Source of the DNA: a virus
Taxonomy: Duplodnaviria; Caudoviricetes
Virus record (IMG/VR): IMGVR_UViG_3300026085_000093
Location: 64,001 to 128,000 of that record
Length of the DNA stretch: 64,000 nt
Reading direction: 5' to 3' (one strand)
Position numbers and translations under genes: made by a program. Below, piece after piece: positions 30,118 to 39,567 of this stretch (within the stretch, counting starts at the first letter, position 1; the number at the start of each line of letters is the position of its first letter). The notes below the pieces were generated by a model that searched no databases, was not told where the DNA came from, and saw nothing but the letters and a program-made list of their open reading frames with translations.

Positions 30118-31012
30118 TTAACATAAACCTCGTATACTTAGGTAATTCTCGCATACCCATATAACACAATTCACTCATTGGTGCCATTTGTTTAAATTCG
30201 TAAATATCATTTACACAATTTACGTGTTCTTTGATTTCAAAATAGTTGTTGCTTTGTAGCACAATTAATTTACCTTGTGGTATATTTTTATACCATTCTG
30301 CAAAGTTTTCTATATGTTCGCAACTGGTATTGATAATTGTATCTGGCGTATCGTAAAGCATACAGACACTACCGTCACTTCTAGATACAGGATAACTATG
30401 TCCGTCCCATTTAATTTCCATAATATCTTGTGTACACGCCTTAAACTGCCATTCTTCTTTTACCCAAGGCTTATTGAAAACTTCAGCAATATTTGCACAA
30501 GTAGGATCAATGTCAAAACTACGAATCTTTTCTACATTTACTTTACTCTCAAATAACATTGTAGCAAGTGTAGCATACCACCCTGCACATAAAAATACTG
30601 TGCCTAAATCAATTTTTTGTCTTTGTAATTCTTGTACTAACCAAAGTTTACTTTCAAGTTGTCCTCTACTAAAACAATCTGTGTCGTATTCAATATTGTT
30701 TATTTGTAGATTTTTAAACGCATCGATAAATCTTGTATCTTTAAATCTTTTCAATACTGGCCAAAGTTTATATGTATTGTTTTCTAATAATAACTTACGC
30801 AATTCTTCATCTTCGGCAAGTCTAAACAAACTATGTAAATTATTTTCCATCATTACTTTACGCAAATCATCTGTACTTCCACGTATGACAGTAGGAAGTA
30901 ATCTAAAGATACTACTCATATCTCTATCAATATATGCTCTACGCAAATCACTTAATCTAGTATCTCTAGGATACATCAATTCAAATCTATCAAGTAATTC
31001 ATGTGTCTGCAT
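30104..31012 (-). CDS. class I methyltransferase-like protein
   Basis: LCAGWYA (motif I variant), SFDIDP, INTSCEH, LQSNN; three short helical repeats at the N-terminus. Confidence 0.65.
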   Translation of the reverse strand: MQTHELLDRFELMYPRDTRLSDLRRAYIDRDMSSIFRLLPTVIRGSTDDLRKVMMENNLHSLFRLAEDEELRKLLLENNTYKLWPVLKRFKDTRFIDAFKNLQINNIEYDTDCFSRGQLESKLWLVQELQRQKIDLGTVFLCAGWYATLATMLFESKVNVEKIRSFDIDPTCANIAEVFNKPWVKEEWQFKACTQDIMEIKWDGHSYPVSRSDGSVCMLYDTPDTIINTSCEHIENFAEWYKNIPQGKLIVLQSNNYFEIKEHVNCVNDIYEFKQMAPMSELCYMGMRELPKYTRFMLIGFK

Positions 31013-33563
31013 TAAACTTATCCTTTAGCCAATCAAAGTCATTAATAAGTTTTAATGCAGCAACGTTAGTTGCATTTTCTTTACCATATGCTGCTCCTGC
31101 TTTTGCACCTGCAATAGCATATTCGCCATACGGTTTGTCTACACCTTTTGTACACCAAATATCTAAACGTTCTTGTGTTTCTAAATCTTTTTGTCTATCA
31201 ATAACACCCGATGAAAGTTTACAACATTCTCTAAATGCTGATTTCCATGTTTCAAACGGTCCTGTGTTAAAACAAGTTAAATTTGATATTTGTTGTACAG
31301 CCTTAAATTTGTTTGTAATGCTTGTTGTCATGTCAGGCTTACTTGTATCCATATTAATAGTCAACATTCTCGGAAACAGTTTTAGTCCACCGTAGCCATA
31401 TACTAGATCATTAATTGGGTTTTGTGTACGCCATACATGCACCATATCTCTGTCCCAACGTGGAACACGATATTCAAAACTAAAATCATCTACAATTTGT
31501 GCATCACCATCAACAATCCAAAACATTTCAGTTTCGCAAAGTTTTGCTGCTTCAATGTGTGCTTGGTGAATGCCCTTTACTCCATGTACACGTTTTGCAT
31601 TTGGTACACGTTCTAGCAGTAGTTCATAATTTTCGTCTGCATTAGGTTCTTGATATGAAATAAACACAACATCATAAATTTTGTATTCGCTTGCAATAAT
31701 ATTCCAAGGCTTGTGGTTAACAACAAATCTGTGTTCAATTTCCTTTTTGGTAATAGGAGATTGTTTAGACAACAAAAACAATCCATTGTAACCTGTTTCA
31801 GAGCCATCTTTGTGTACAAATGCATGGTTTTGTTTTCTATCATATGTATTTGAATGATCAAAATACACATTAAATTTAAACTTGCTTGTATCAATATTAG
31901 GATCATCTGCATAAAACAATTCAGTTTTACTCATCTTAACTGCACGTAAATAATCTTCCCAAGATTCAACATTAAATCTATCGTATTGTGCAGGTCCACT
32001 AGCAACATCATTCCATTCTTTACGTTCTACTAGATGTCTGTGTTCTATTTCTTTTTTACTTACAGGTTTATGAATACTACATAGATATGCACCAGTGCGC
32101 AAGTCTTTATCTTCTACTTTATGTACAAAACTATGATTTTGTTTTCTATCAATTTGCTCATGATGACTGATATAAAAACTATTAACAAACGTTTCATCAA
32201 GTGCAATATTATTTGTACTGAACCAAAACAATTCTGTTGTTGTATTATCTAATGCTTGTAGATATTGTTCATACGTATCAATATTAAACACATCAAAGGG
32301 TTTAGGTGTACTTGCTACAATGTCCCATTCTTTTTTGTTTGCATAGAATCTATAATCAACTTCACGTTGTGATACCGGCGACTGCTTACTAAAAAGCATA
32401 ATGCCATCATATGTATCATTATTTAAAAATGCATGATTAACACTACGGTCATATGTATTAGAATGTTCAAAGTATAAATCAAATTTAAAATCATCAGCAA
32501 CGTCTACATCTTTAGGAATACCCCAAAACATTTCTGTGGTGCTTGAATTTAATGCTGTTACATAGTCTTGATAACTGTCTATAGGAAACTTATCATATTG
32601 TATAGGTTTACTTGCCACTACATCCCATGGTTTGTGATTTACAATAAATCTATGCTCAATTTCTCTTTGCGACACTGGTGCATGTTTTGAAAATAAAAAT
32701 ACACCATTGTATAAATCATCATTATCTACACGATGTATAAATGCATGATTTGTTTTTCTATCATATTCATTGTCATGTGTAAAATAAGTATCAAATGCAA
32801 AACCGCTTGTATCAATATTAGCACTTGTTCCCCAAAACATTTCTGTCTTTGAATTTTCAAGTGCATGTTGATAGTCTTCCCAACTATCAATTACAAATTT
32901 ATTATATTTTACGGGTCCACTTGCTACAATGTTCCATTCTTTTCTGTTTACAATAAAACGATGTTCAATTTCTTTTTTTGTTAAAATTCTTGCTTTTGTC
33001 AACAGTGCTACTCCATTGTATAACTTTTGTCCATTTACTTCGTGGACGAACACATGATTTGTTTCTTTGTCATATATGTTATCATGTGCAAAATGTAAAT
33101 CAAAGTCAAAGTCTTCCTTTAATTCTAAGTTATGCGATAATGCCCAAAACATTGCAGTGTTTGACGACTCCAGTGCGTCTTTATAATCATTGTATGTTTC
33201 AATATAAAACTTATCATACGGTTTTGGTACGCTAACTTGTACTTCTACTTGTTTTTGTTTATTATAACATCTTTTTCCAATTTCGTCTAGAGTAATTTCA
33301 TTATTTTTAGGAATCAAACACACACCGTCATATTCAGTATCATTAAGAAACACATGATTGTAATGCCTACTCCAATCATCAGGTTCATAGTCAAATGTAA
33401 AATTTTCTACTATACTTACATCATCAGGAACTACCCAAAAAAAGTCTGTTAAGGATTGACTTTGGGCAGTTAAAAAATTAGGTGCATATTTTGCTGTAAC
33501 AAAATTTGCTTTTAGATATTCATAAGTGTCATTCTTTACACCAATAAAAAAGATATCATACAT
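30999..33563 (-). CDS. repeat protein with C-terminal GT-A glycosyltransferase-like domain
   Basis: Six 100-114 aa repeats, then YDVVFISY.EPNA...WIVDGD (DxD) domain homologous to 49304-50242. Confidence 0.7.
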   Translation of the reverse strand: MYDIFFIGVKNDTYEYLKANFVTAKYAPNFLTAQSQSLTDFFWVVPDDVSIVENFTFDYEPDDWSRHYNHVFLNDTEYDGVCLIPKNNEITLDEIGKRCYNKQKQVEVQVSVPKPYDKFYIETYNDYKDALESSNTAMFWALSHNLELKEDFDFDLHFAHDNIYDKETNHVFVHEVNGQKLYNGVALLTKARILTKKEIEHRFIVNRKEWNIVASGPVKYNKFVIDSWEDYQHALENSKTEMFWGTSANIDTSGFAFDTYFTHDNEYDRKTNHAFIHRVDNDDLYNGVFLFSKHAPVSQREIEHRFIVNHKPWDVVASKPIQYDKFPIDSYQDYVTALNSSTTEMFWGIPKDVDVADDFKFDLYFEHSNTYDRSVNHAFLNNDTYDGIMLFSKQSPVSQREVDYRFYANKKEWDIVASTPKPFDVFNIDTYEQYLQALDNTTTELFWFSTNNIALDETFVNSFYISHHEQIDRKQNHSFVHKVEDKDLRTGAYLCSIHKPVSKKEIEHRHLVERKEWNDVASGPAQYDRFNVESWEDYLRAVKMSKTELFYADDPNIDTSKFKFNVYFDHSNTYDRKQNHAFVHKDGSETGYNGLFLLSKQSPITKKEIEHRFVVNHKPWNIIASEYKIYDVVFISYQEPNADENYELLLERVPNAKRVHGVKGIHQAHIEAAKLCETEMFWIVDGDAQIVDDFSFEYRVPRWDRDMVHVWRTQNPINDLVYGYGGLKLFPRMLTINMDTSKPDMTTSITNKFKAVQQISNLTCFNTGPFETWKSAFRECCKLSSGVIDRQKDLETQERLDIWCTKGVDKPYGEYAIAGAKAGAAYGKENATNVAALKLINDFDWLKDKFNADT
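31680..33563 (-). repeat. six intragenic tandem protein repeats (114, 104, 103, 100, 104, 103 aa)
   Basis: Recurring YD.F.I..Y.DY..AL....TEMFW...F.FD.YF.H.N.YDR..NHAF...Y.G..L.SK...EIEHRF.V..K.W...AS pattern. Confidence 0.9.
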
Positions 33564-35086
33564 TATAGATTTTTACATAATTTGTAGAAATCTTCCATTT
33601 CAGGAAATACTTCTACAAATTTTAAAAAGTTCCTTTCGTCATACTGATCAAAAAACCTTGCAAAGTTTTTTCTATCTAATTCTATTTTGTTTTGATCAAT
33701 GTCAACACGTTCACGCATTATAGCAAGATTACGTTCTAGTTTTGCAATTTCAAAATCATAGAATCCTGCAAAGTCGCTTACATCGCTATTTTTTTTCATA
33801 AAGTCAATTGCTTCTTCAAGATACTTGTCAAAGTCTGGTGTTAAAATTTGAATAGTTTGCCAGTCAGGATATCTAATTAGAGGTATATCAAACCAAATAC
33901 GCTGGCGAGGATGTATTTCGTAATCATTGTGTTTAGTGTAAGGGTCGTGTATAGGAATATATTGCACACCTTGATTACTTGCGCTAAAACGCTGTCTTAA
34001 TTTTAACACATATTCTAAATAGTCTTTTACTTTTGGCACAGACAAAGCATTAAAAGTATTAATAAACGTAACAGTTGTATTTTTTGTTTCTGTTAGAAAA
34101 CGCATAGTGTTACTTGTCATTGTATCCCACTTTAATCCGCCACGTATGTATTCTGCTTGTGAGCCTACGCTGTCAACTGAAATGAACAACGCAAAGTTTT
34201 TCAATGCCATGTTAACATACCAGTTGTTTCCACTACCCGGATTCCAACGATTTTTATCTTCCCAAATTTGTATCTCTTCAAGTTTTTTAACTTTAGATAA
34301 GAATCTATCCATAAGTTCTTCTTTAGGAGGACACATGTTTGTTGTAATACTTAATTCAAGCCATGTGTTTGGATTTTCATAGATGTATTCAAGTACACGA
34401 AATGTATTGATATCCATTAATGGCTCGCCGCCTGTAATACGAAACACTTCAAGTTTGTTATATAAACTAGGCCACCATTTCCAAAAAGCTTCGAGATATG
34501 GGTTTTCACTTTGCCGTATTTTTAAAGGCATAAGTCCCTTTTCTTGCAAATACTCTAAATTGTTATGTCCTGTTTCTTTGCCTTCTGCATCTAGTATTTT
34601 AAATTCGCCATGTTCTTTGATTTTTTCTTCCCATGTTGTACTTAGATGCGGAGAACAATACATACAAGAAAAATTACATGCTTGATTAAAATTAACTTCC
34701 ATATAGCGTGGATCTACGTCACCTGTATCTAGTGCATCGATAATATCACTTCTGCTATTCTGTGCCCAATATTCTCCGGAACGATATATTCTATCACTGC
34801 GGCCGCCTACGTCTTCAATCTTCCAACAATATGCACAACCTGCAGGACGCTCACCTTTAAGCATCATTGCACGTTCCTCTTTCTTTTGTGCAGTATTATG
34901 TAAGGCTTTAGGATTTGCTTTTACAGAATCAACATCCATATCATGCAATGGTGGATGATAGCAACTATGCGTTTTACCATTTGTAAGATGCATAGAAACC
35001 TGTGTCCATTTTGCATAACACATTGTCTTGCTGATATTCTTTAATTGCTTTTCTGCAATATCTGCAGACTGATTGTAATCGCTCAT
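33563..35086 (-). CDS. twitch-domain radical SAM protein (CYH subtype)
   Basis: MCYAKW...HSCYHP...CAYCW...SDR, CNFSCMYC, TGGEP; paralog of 47925-49307. Confidence 0.92.
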   Translation of the reverse strand: MSDYNQSADIAEKQLKNISKTMCYAKWTQVSMHLTNGKTHSCYHPPLHDMDVDSVKANPKALHNTAQKKEERAMMLKGERPAGCAYCWKIEDVGGRSDRIYRSGEYWAQNSRSDIIDALDTGDVDPRYMEVNFNQACNFSCMYCSPHLSTTWEEKIKEHGEFKILDAEGKETGHNNLEYLQEKGLMPLKIRQSENPYLEAFWKWWPSLYNKLEVFRITGGEPLMDINTFRVLEYIYENPNTWLELSITTNMCPPKEELMDRFLSKVKKLEEIQIWEDKNRWNPGSGNNWYVNMALKNFALFISVDSVGSQAEYIRGGLKWDTMTSNTMRFLTETKNTTVTFINTFNALSVPKVKDYLEYVLKLRQRFSASNQGVQYIPIHDPYTKHNDYEIHPRQRIWFDIPLIRYPDWQTIQILTPDFDKYLEEAIDFMKKNSDVSDFAGFYDFEIAKLERNLAIMRERVDIDQNKIELDRKNFARFFDQYDERNFLKFVEVFPEMEDFYKLCKNL

Positions 35087-35105
35087 ACGAAATCCTTTTT
35101 ATAAA

Positions 35106-35996
35106 TTATACAGGATTTTTTGTAGTTGTCAAGCCATATGTTTCAGTAATAAAATCTGCAAGTTCTTTTGCCATTAACTTGTAGCCATCAATATTTGGAT
35201 GAATATCATTTGTTAGAAACTGTTTAGGATAATCTAAATTATGATATCTATCCCACCATTGTGATCTTTCATGTTCGCCTTGTAACCAATCATCTGCTTC
35301 TACTAGCAAATCTACAAATTGATCATAATGTCTATAATCGTGTATATATTTTGTCCAATCTATTTGTTCGTGCAAGCCGCCTGTTTTAGTTGTAAGGTCA
35401 TGTTTACCTCTATAATCAAATGCATTTGCAAGAACAAACTTAAATCCGTATGCTTTGCAAAAATTTTGAACTTCTAGAATACTGCAAAGCGTTTCCATAC
35501 TTGCGCAAGTTTCACTCCAACAGTGTATCGTATATGCTTTCCAAAATTTGTCAGAATCGTTTGGCCATACAGTGTTAAAGTTATAATGATGAGCACGTTT
35601 GTAAGGGTGTTCTCTATGCCTTGTAAAATGAGGCTCTTCATCAAAATGCATGTCTTGTCTAAAAAAATCAAAACGTTCGTATCCACTTAGCATAAACACA
35701 ATAATGCAGTCTTGCATTGAATCCCAATCTAAGTCTGTTAAGTATAAACACCTTGCTGCTGCTCTGTTACCTATACCTCGTTGACCTAAATTAATTGGTG
35801 TATAATCTGTAAAATGATCCCTTGCTAATACATTTACCCAACTGTTTTCCCATTCCATAGGAATAAGGTCCGTACTTTGATCCATAGGAAAATTCATCTT
35901 TCCTTTATGTTTCTTCCATGTTTCTTCTGTATAGCCGCCTTCGCCTTGTGTCCAACTACAACCTAAGCCAATAATTGCTTTATCTATAGTCTGCAT
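35106..35996 (-). CDS. SGNH/GDSL-like protein
   Basis: GLGCSWTQG, GIGN, NDIHPN. The track starts at 36041; ATG 35996 has an AGAGG SD. Confidence 0.6.
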   Translation of the reverse strand: MQTIDKAIIGLGCSWTQGEGGYTEETWKKHKGKMNFPMDQSTDLIPMEWENSWVNVLARDHFTDYTPINLGQRGIGNRAAARCLYLTDLDWDSMQDCIIVFMLSGYERFDFFRQDMHFDEEPHFTRHREHPYKRAHHYNFNTVWPNDSDKFWKAYTIHCWSETCASMETLCSILEVQNFCKAYGFKFVLANAFDYRGKHDLTTKTGGLHEQIDWTKYIHDYRHYDQFVDLLVEADDWLQGEHERSQWWDRYHNLDYPKQFLTNDIHPNIDGYKLMAKELADFITETYGLTTTKNPV

Positions 35997-37023
35997 ATTC
36001 ATCCTCTCTAACTGTATCCAGTGTAACACAATGAGGTCCACCGCTTAGTGTTCGACAATGTCTCATCTTTACATGCATAACATCAAACCCTGCATCTTCT
36101 AATGTTTTTGTTAAATTTATTTGATTTTCTTCAACAGCAACTAAGGATTCACTTAAACTTAAAATATTCATTCCTAGCCAAGGACTTGCAGGTGCCCAAT
36201 CATGCATAACCTGTGTTTCATGTGGTTCAGGTGCCCATATTTTTTCCCACTTGTCAAATATGTCAGGTAGTTGTTCTTCTTTTACTCTTTCAGGATTTAA
36301 TAATACTTTACCAGGTGCCAATGGCATAATACTTGTGTCTAAATGTACATATGCATACACGTTTTCTAACATATGCACTGTATACTTTTCACCAAGTGTG
36401 CTTTGTAGCCACCGTGCGCCCATTTTGTTTCCGCTGTTTGAAACAAGATATAATATATCTTTACCTATCTTTATACAGTTAGCAGCATCAAATGCCGGTT
36501 CATATTCAGTAAGTGTAGGAGCATTTAGATCCGATCTATCATAAAGTTTATCTGGTAATCTAGGCTTAGGTGCTGCAATCCATCTACTGCCATTTACAAA
36601 GTACTCTTTGAAAATACTTCTCATACCAAATGTTTCAAAGTATCTACTTCTAAGAGGCATAGGTGTTTCAATGAGCATATCGCCAATTGTAAGAACACTA
36701 TCACGTGGACAATAACTATAGTATGCATCACTAGACCAGTCAGGAGACATATGTGTAACTCCATGATTAAACTTTATAGGACGCATAACTTTTACACCAA
36801 TATCTTCAAGTTGTTTTTGAAATACATCTAAGTCTTCTATAGTTTCGTTTATCACATCTTCCGGATATTGCCCGCCTGGCATATTAGATAAATCATCTAT
36901 GTTAGCATAGTCAACACAATGTATATCTTTGTTTTTAATTCTAGGAACTTGAGCCCACTCTGCTCGACCTAAGATTACTTCTTTAAGTGTGCCCCATTCT
37001 GTGTTTGCGTTTATTTTACTCAT
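35980..37023 (-). CDS. amidinotransferase (glycine/inosamine-phosphate amidinotransferase family)
   Basis: EWGTLKEVILG, YCPRD, FDAAN, VHLDT, GGPHCVT: complete Asp-His-Cys set. Confidence 0.9.
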   Translation of the reverse strand: MSKINANTEWGTLKEVILGRAEWAQVPRIKNKDIHCVDYANIDDLSNMPGGQYPEDVINETIEDLDVFQKQLEDIGVKVMRPIKFNHGVTHMSPDWSSDAYYSYCPRDSVLTIGDMLIETPMPLRSRYFETFGMRSIFKEYFVNGSRWIAAPKPRLPDKLYDRSDLNAPTLTEYEPAFDAANCIKIGKDILYLVSNSGNKMGARWLQSTLGEKYTVHMLENVYAYVHLDTSIMPLAPGKVLLNPERVKEEQLPDIFDKWEKIWAPEPHETQVMHDWAPASPWLGMNILSLSESLVAVEENQINLTKTLEDAGFDVMHVKMRHCRTLSGGPHCVTLDTVREDEYADYR

Positions 37024-37666
37024 CTCTATACTCGTCAAATACTTTCTGTTTTCTTAAATCTTTGTATGTTGTACTAGAACCTGTATCAGGGTTATCTGGT
37101 CCTAATTCTTCAAAGAGTGTAATACCTCTTATGGCTTCTTCTGGAGTCATATACATATGATAACCTATACAACTATAATCGTCATCTTCATGTCTAACAT
37201 ATTTGTGACGTCCATCGTAAATCATAGGACGGCACCATTCTACAAAGTCTATGTCATCTGTTAGTATTACACCACCTTTACCTAATTTAAGTGTTTTTCT
37301 ATGATGAAAACTTACACAGTAATATGACTCAGGTATATACATTCCTTTACGGAATCTAGTTGCTCCGTCAACAATAGGAGTAGGATCTAAAAAATAATCG
37401 CCACTCCATTCTTTATCAATAAATTTAATTTTATTACCTGCATGAATACACTGCATCGGTGTGCTAGAATACGTATGTGCAGGCAATGTGATTGTTTGAC
37501 CTGTTACACCTAAGTATTTCATGCAAAGAAACATTGCATTACTACAACTATCAACACATACTGCATATTTAGATCCAGCATATTCTGCTAGTCTATCTTC
37601 AAATATTGTAACTGCATCCCAAGGATCGTTTAGTGTTACAGTTCTATCTTTCAGATGTAATATCAT
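37016..37666 (-). CDS. short DegT/DnrJ/EryC1/StrS-family aminotransferase
   Basis: FE..LAEYAGSKYAVCVDSCSNA, IVDGA, SFHHRK...GKGG; about 216 aa from ATG 37666 (track start 37738). Confidence 0.8.
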   Translation of the reverse strand: MILHLKDRTVTLNDPWDAVTIFEDRLAEYAGSKYAVCVDSCSNAMFLCMKYLGVTGQTITLPAHTYSSTPMQCIHAGNKIKFIDKEWSGDYFLDPTPIVDGATRFRKGMYIPESYYCVSFHHRKTLKLGKGGVILTDDIDFVEWCRPMIYDGRHKYVRHEDDDYSCIGYHMYMTPEEAIRGITLFEELGPDNPDTGSSTTYKDLRKQKVFDEYRDE

Positions 37667-38384
37667 AGGGTTCGCCAGTTTCTTCATCAAACCAATACAA
37701 ACTACGATGAGGCAAATTCTCATCATCGTGTTTTGCATTGCTTACGTAGAAGAACAATCTAAATGCATTTCTTGTACGCCCTTCAGGACATGCTAGTGCA
37801 TCAGGAAACCCATGGAACCCTCTTTCATGGTGTCTCCAAATAATTGCTCTATTAAACATCGGTGCAACTTTTTGTACAGGACCTTTATTGTTGAAGTCAT
37901 TGAAATGTAAATGACCTCCCCATTCTTCTTCCCAATCTGATCCCAGATAAATTATCATACTCAACATACGATGTACTTTAATTGTATCATTCCAGTTAAA
38001 ATCTGTATGAATTGCTAATTTACATCCCGGATAACTTCTACTATAACCTGCACCTACAATATAAGGATCAGGAATAAGATCCTTAATACCAGTAAGTTTA
38101 ATCAACCAATTCATACCTGCTTGACTGTGCATTTGATTTGTAAAATTTTGTGCTACAGGTGCTACCTCTAAATTTGTAAGTTCACGCATATAACTACCGC
38201 GACGGGTAAATTCTTTCCAATGAAATTCTGGTACACTTTCGCACTCAAGTTCCATTGCTTTTGCCATTGATTCTGGCAAAAAATTATCTAATGTAATCAT
38301 AGGATATGGCGGTGTTCCTACAAATTCGTAATTTAATTTTTTAATGTTTGGATATGTTGTTTTAAGATGTGTTACTAGTTCCAT
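37644..38384 (-). CDS. 2OG-Fe(II) oxygenase (prolyl-hydroxylase-like)
   Basis: LAIHTDFN, IIYL..DW..EWGGHL, FNRA, FHG, R; start moved to ATG 38384. Confidence 0.85.
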   Translation of the reverse strand: MELVTHLKTTYPNIKKLNYEFVGTPPYPMITLDNFLPESMAKAMELECESVPEFHWKEFTRRGSYMRELTNLEVAPVAQNFTNQMHSQAGMNWLIKLTGIKDLIPDPYIVGAGYSRSYPGCKLAIHTDFNWNDTIKVHRMLSMIIYLGSDWEEEWGGHLHFNDFNNKGPVQKVAPMFNRAIIWRHHERGFHGFPDALACPEGRTRNAFRLFFYVSNAKHDDENLPHRSLYWFDEETGEPYDITSER

Positions 38385-38391
38385 GCAATAT

Positions 38392-39567
38392 TTAACTCCG
38401 TGTGTTACCGTAATGTACAACTTTGAATTCGTTTGAATCTCTAAGTTTTCTCCAAGGATCAACTACTGTAGACCCTAGCGGCCAATTAATTTCTTCTACA
38501 TATTGTTCCCAGTAACCTATTAGATATACATCTGCTTTAGGAAATACTGTATCGCCTGTGTTTATATCATAATAAGTTAAGGACCCTCCTAATTCTTCTA
38601 CATAATGTCCTACAAGCATACTACTACTACCTATAGTGTAATAAACACCTGGCTTGTAGGCTTTTCCTACAATACAAATATTATTTCCTTCTCTGAGCAA
38701 TCTTTGTGCCATTCGTTTGGCTTGTACTTCTCTTGCAGTCATAATACTATCAAACAAATCATATCCTAAATCTAATCGTTGTGCTAGATATCTTAAAGCA
38801 ATATTATCTCTAGGATGACAGGCACCTCCATCGCCCATGCCTGCTTTCATGTAGCCTGGCCCCATAATTCTATATGTGCTTTTTGCAAGGGCTTCCGTGA
38901 CCACATCAACATTAATATTACCACTTGTTTCGGCAACATCTTGAATCATATTTACTAAACTAAGTTTAGTGCTGATGAATGTATTGTAGAATATTTTTAT
39001 AGCTTCTGCTTCGTCCCACGTACCAATTTCATATCTAGGATTGTTTTGCATTATAGGCTTATAGAAATCAATCAACTCCTTTGCATCGTCAGTTGTACTG
39101 CCGTCTTCGGTGCCAATAATTACCATTTCAGGATTTACCATGTCCCACTTGATTGTACCCATTGCTATTAGGTAAGGATTGTAAACAAAACGTGCATTTT
39201 TTATCAGTTTGATAAATCTATTTCTAGTTGTACCAGGAAGCACTGTACTAATTAACACAACTAACTGTGACTTGTTTACATGCTTGTCAATTTTGCGTAA
39301 TACAGATTCAACAATACTATAGTCAAAATCTTTATTAGGTAAATGACTGGTAGGTGTTTCTCCTCCATAGTGTGCTTCATGGGGTGTAGGCACTGCAACA
39401 AAAATTATATCAGTATCTGTTACTGCGTCTTTAATAGTTTGACACATAGAAAAATTTGTAGGTGTTCTCTTTGCAACATCATAGCCTACAACATCATAAT
39501 GTGTAGCCATTACTTCGGCACAGTCTTGTCCTAACTTGCCGCAACCTATCATTGCTACTTTTTTCAT
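38392..39567 (-). CDS. ugd: UDP-glucose/GDP-mannose dehydrogenase
   Basis: GCGKLG Rossmann motif, VAVPTP, STVLPGT, YNP, AEAIK...N, GGACHPRD catalytic Cys, AYKPG. Confidence 0.9.
   Translation of the reverse strand: MKKVAMIGCGKLGQDCAEVMATHYDVVGYDVAKRTPTNFSMCQTIKDAVTDTDIIFVAVPTPHEAHYGGETPTSHLPNKDFDYSIVESVLRKIDKHVNKSQLVVLISTVLPGTTRNRFIKLIKNARFVYNPYLIAMGTIKWDMVNPEMVIIGTEDGSTTDDAKELIDFYKPIMQNNPRYEIGTWDEAEAIKIFYNTFISTKLSLVNMIQDVAETSGNINVDVVTEALAKSTYRIMGPGYMKAGMGDGGACHPRDNIALRYLAQRLDLGYDLFDSIMTAREVQAKRMAQRLLREGNNICIVGKAYKPGVYYTIGSSSMLVGHYVEELGGSLTYYDINTGDTVFPKADVYLIGYWEQYVEEINWPLGSTVVDPWRKLRDSNEFKVVHYGNTRS

Noticed and set aside
31680-33563. CRISPR array or DNA-level tandem repeat
   Set aside because: The repeats are degenerate, ~300 nt long and conserved at the protein level; there is no repeat-spacer pattern.
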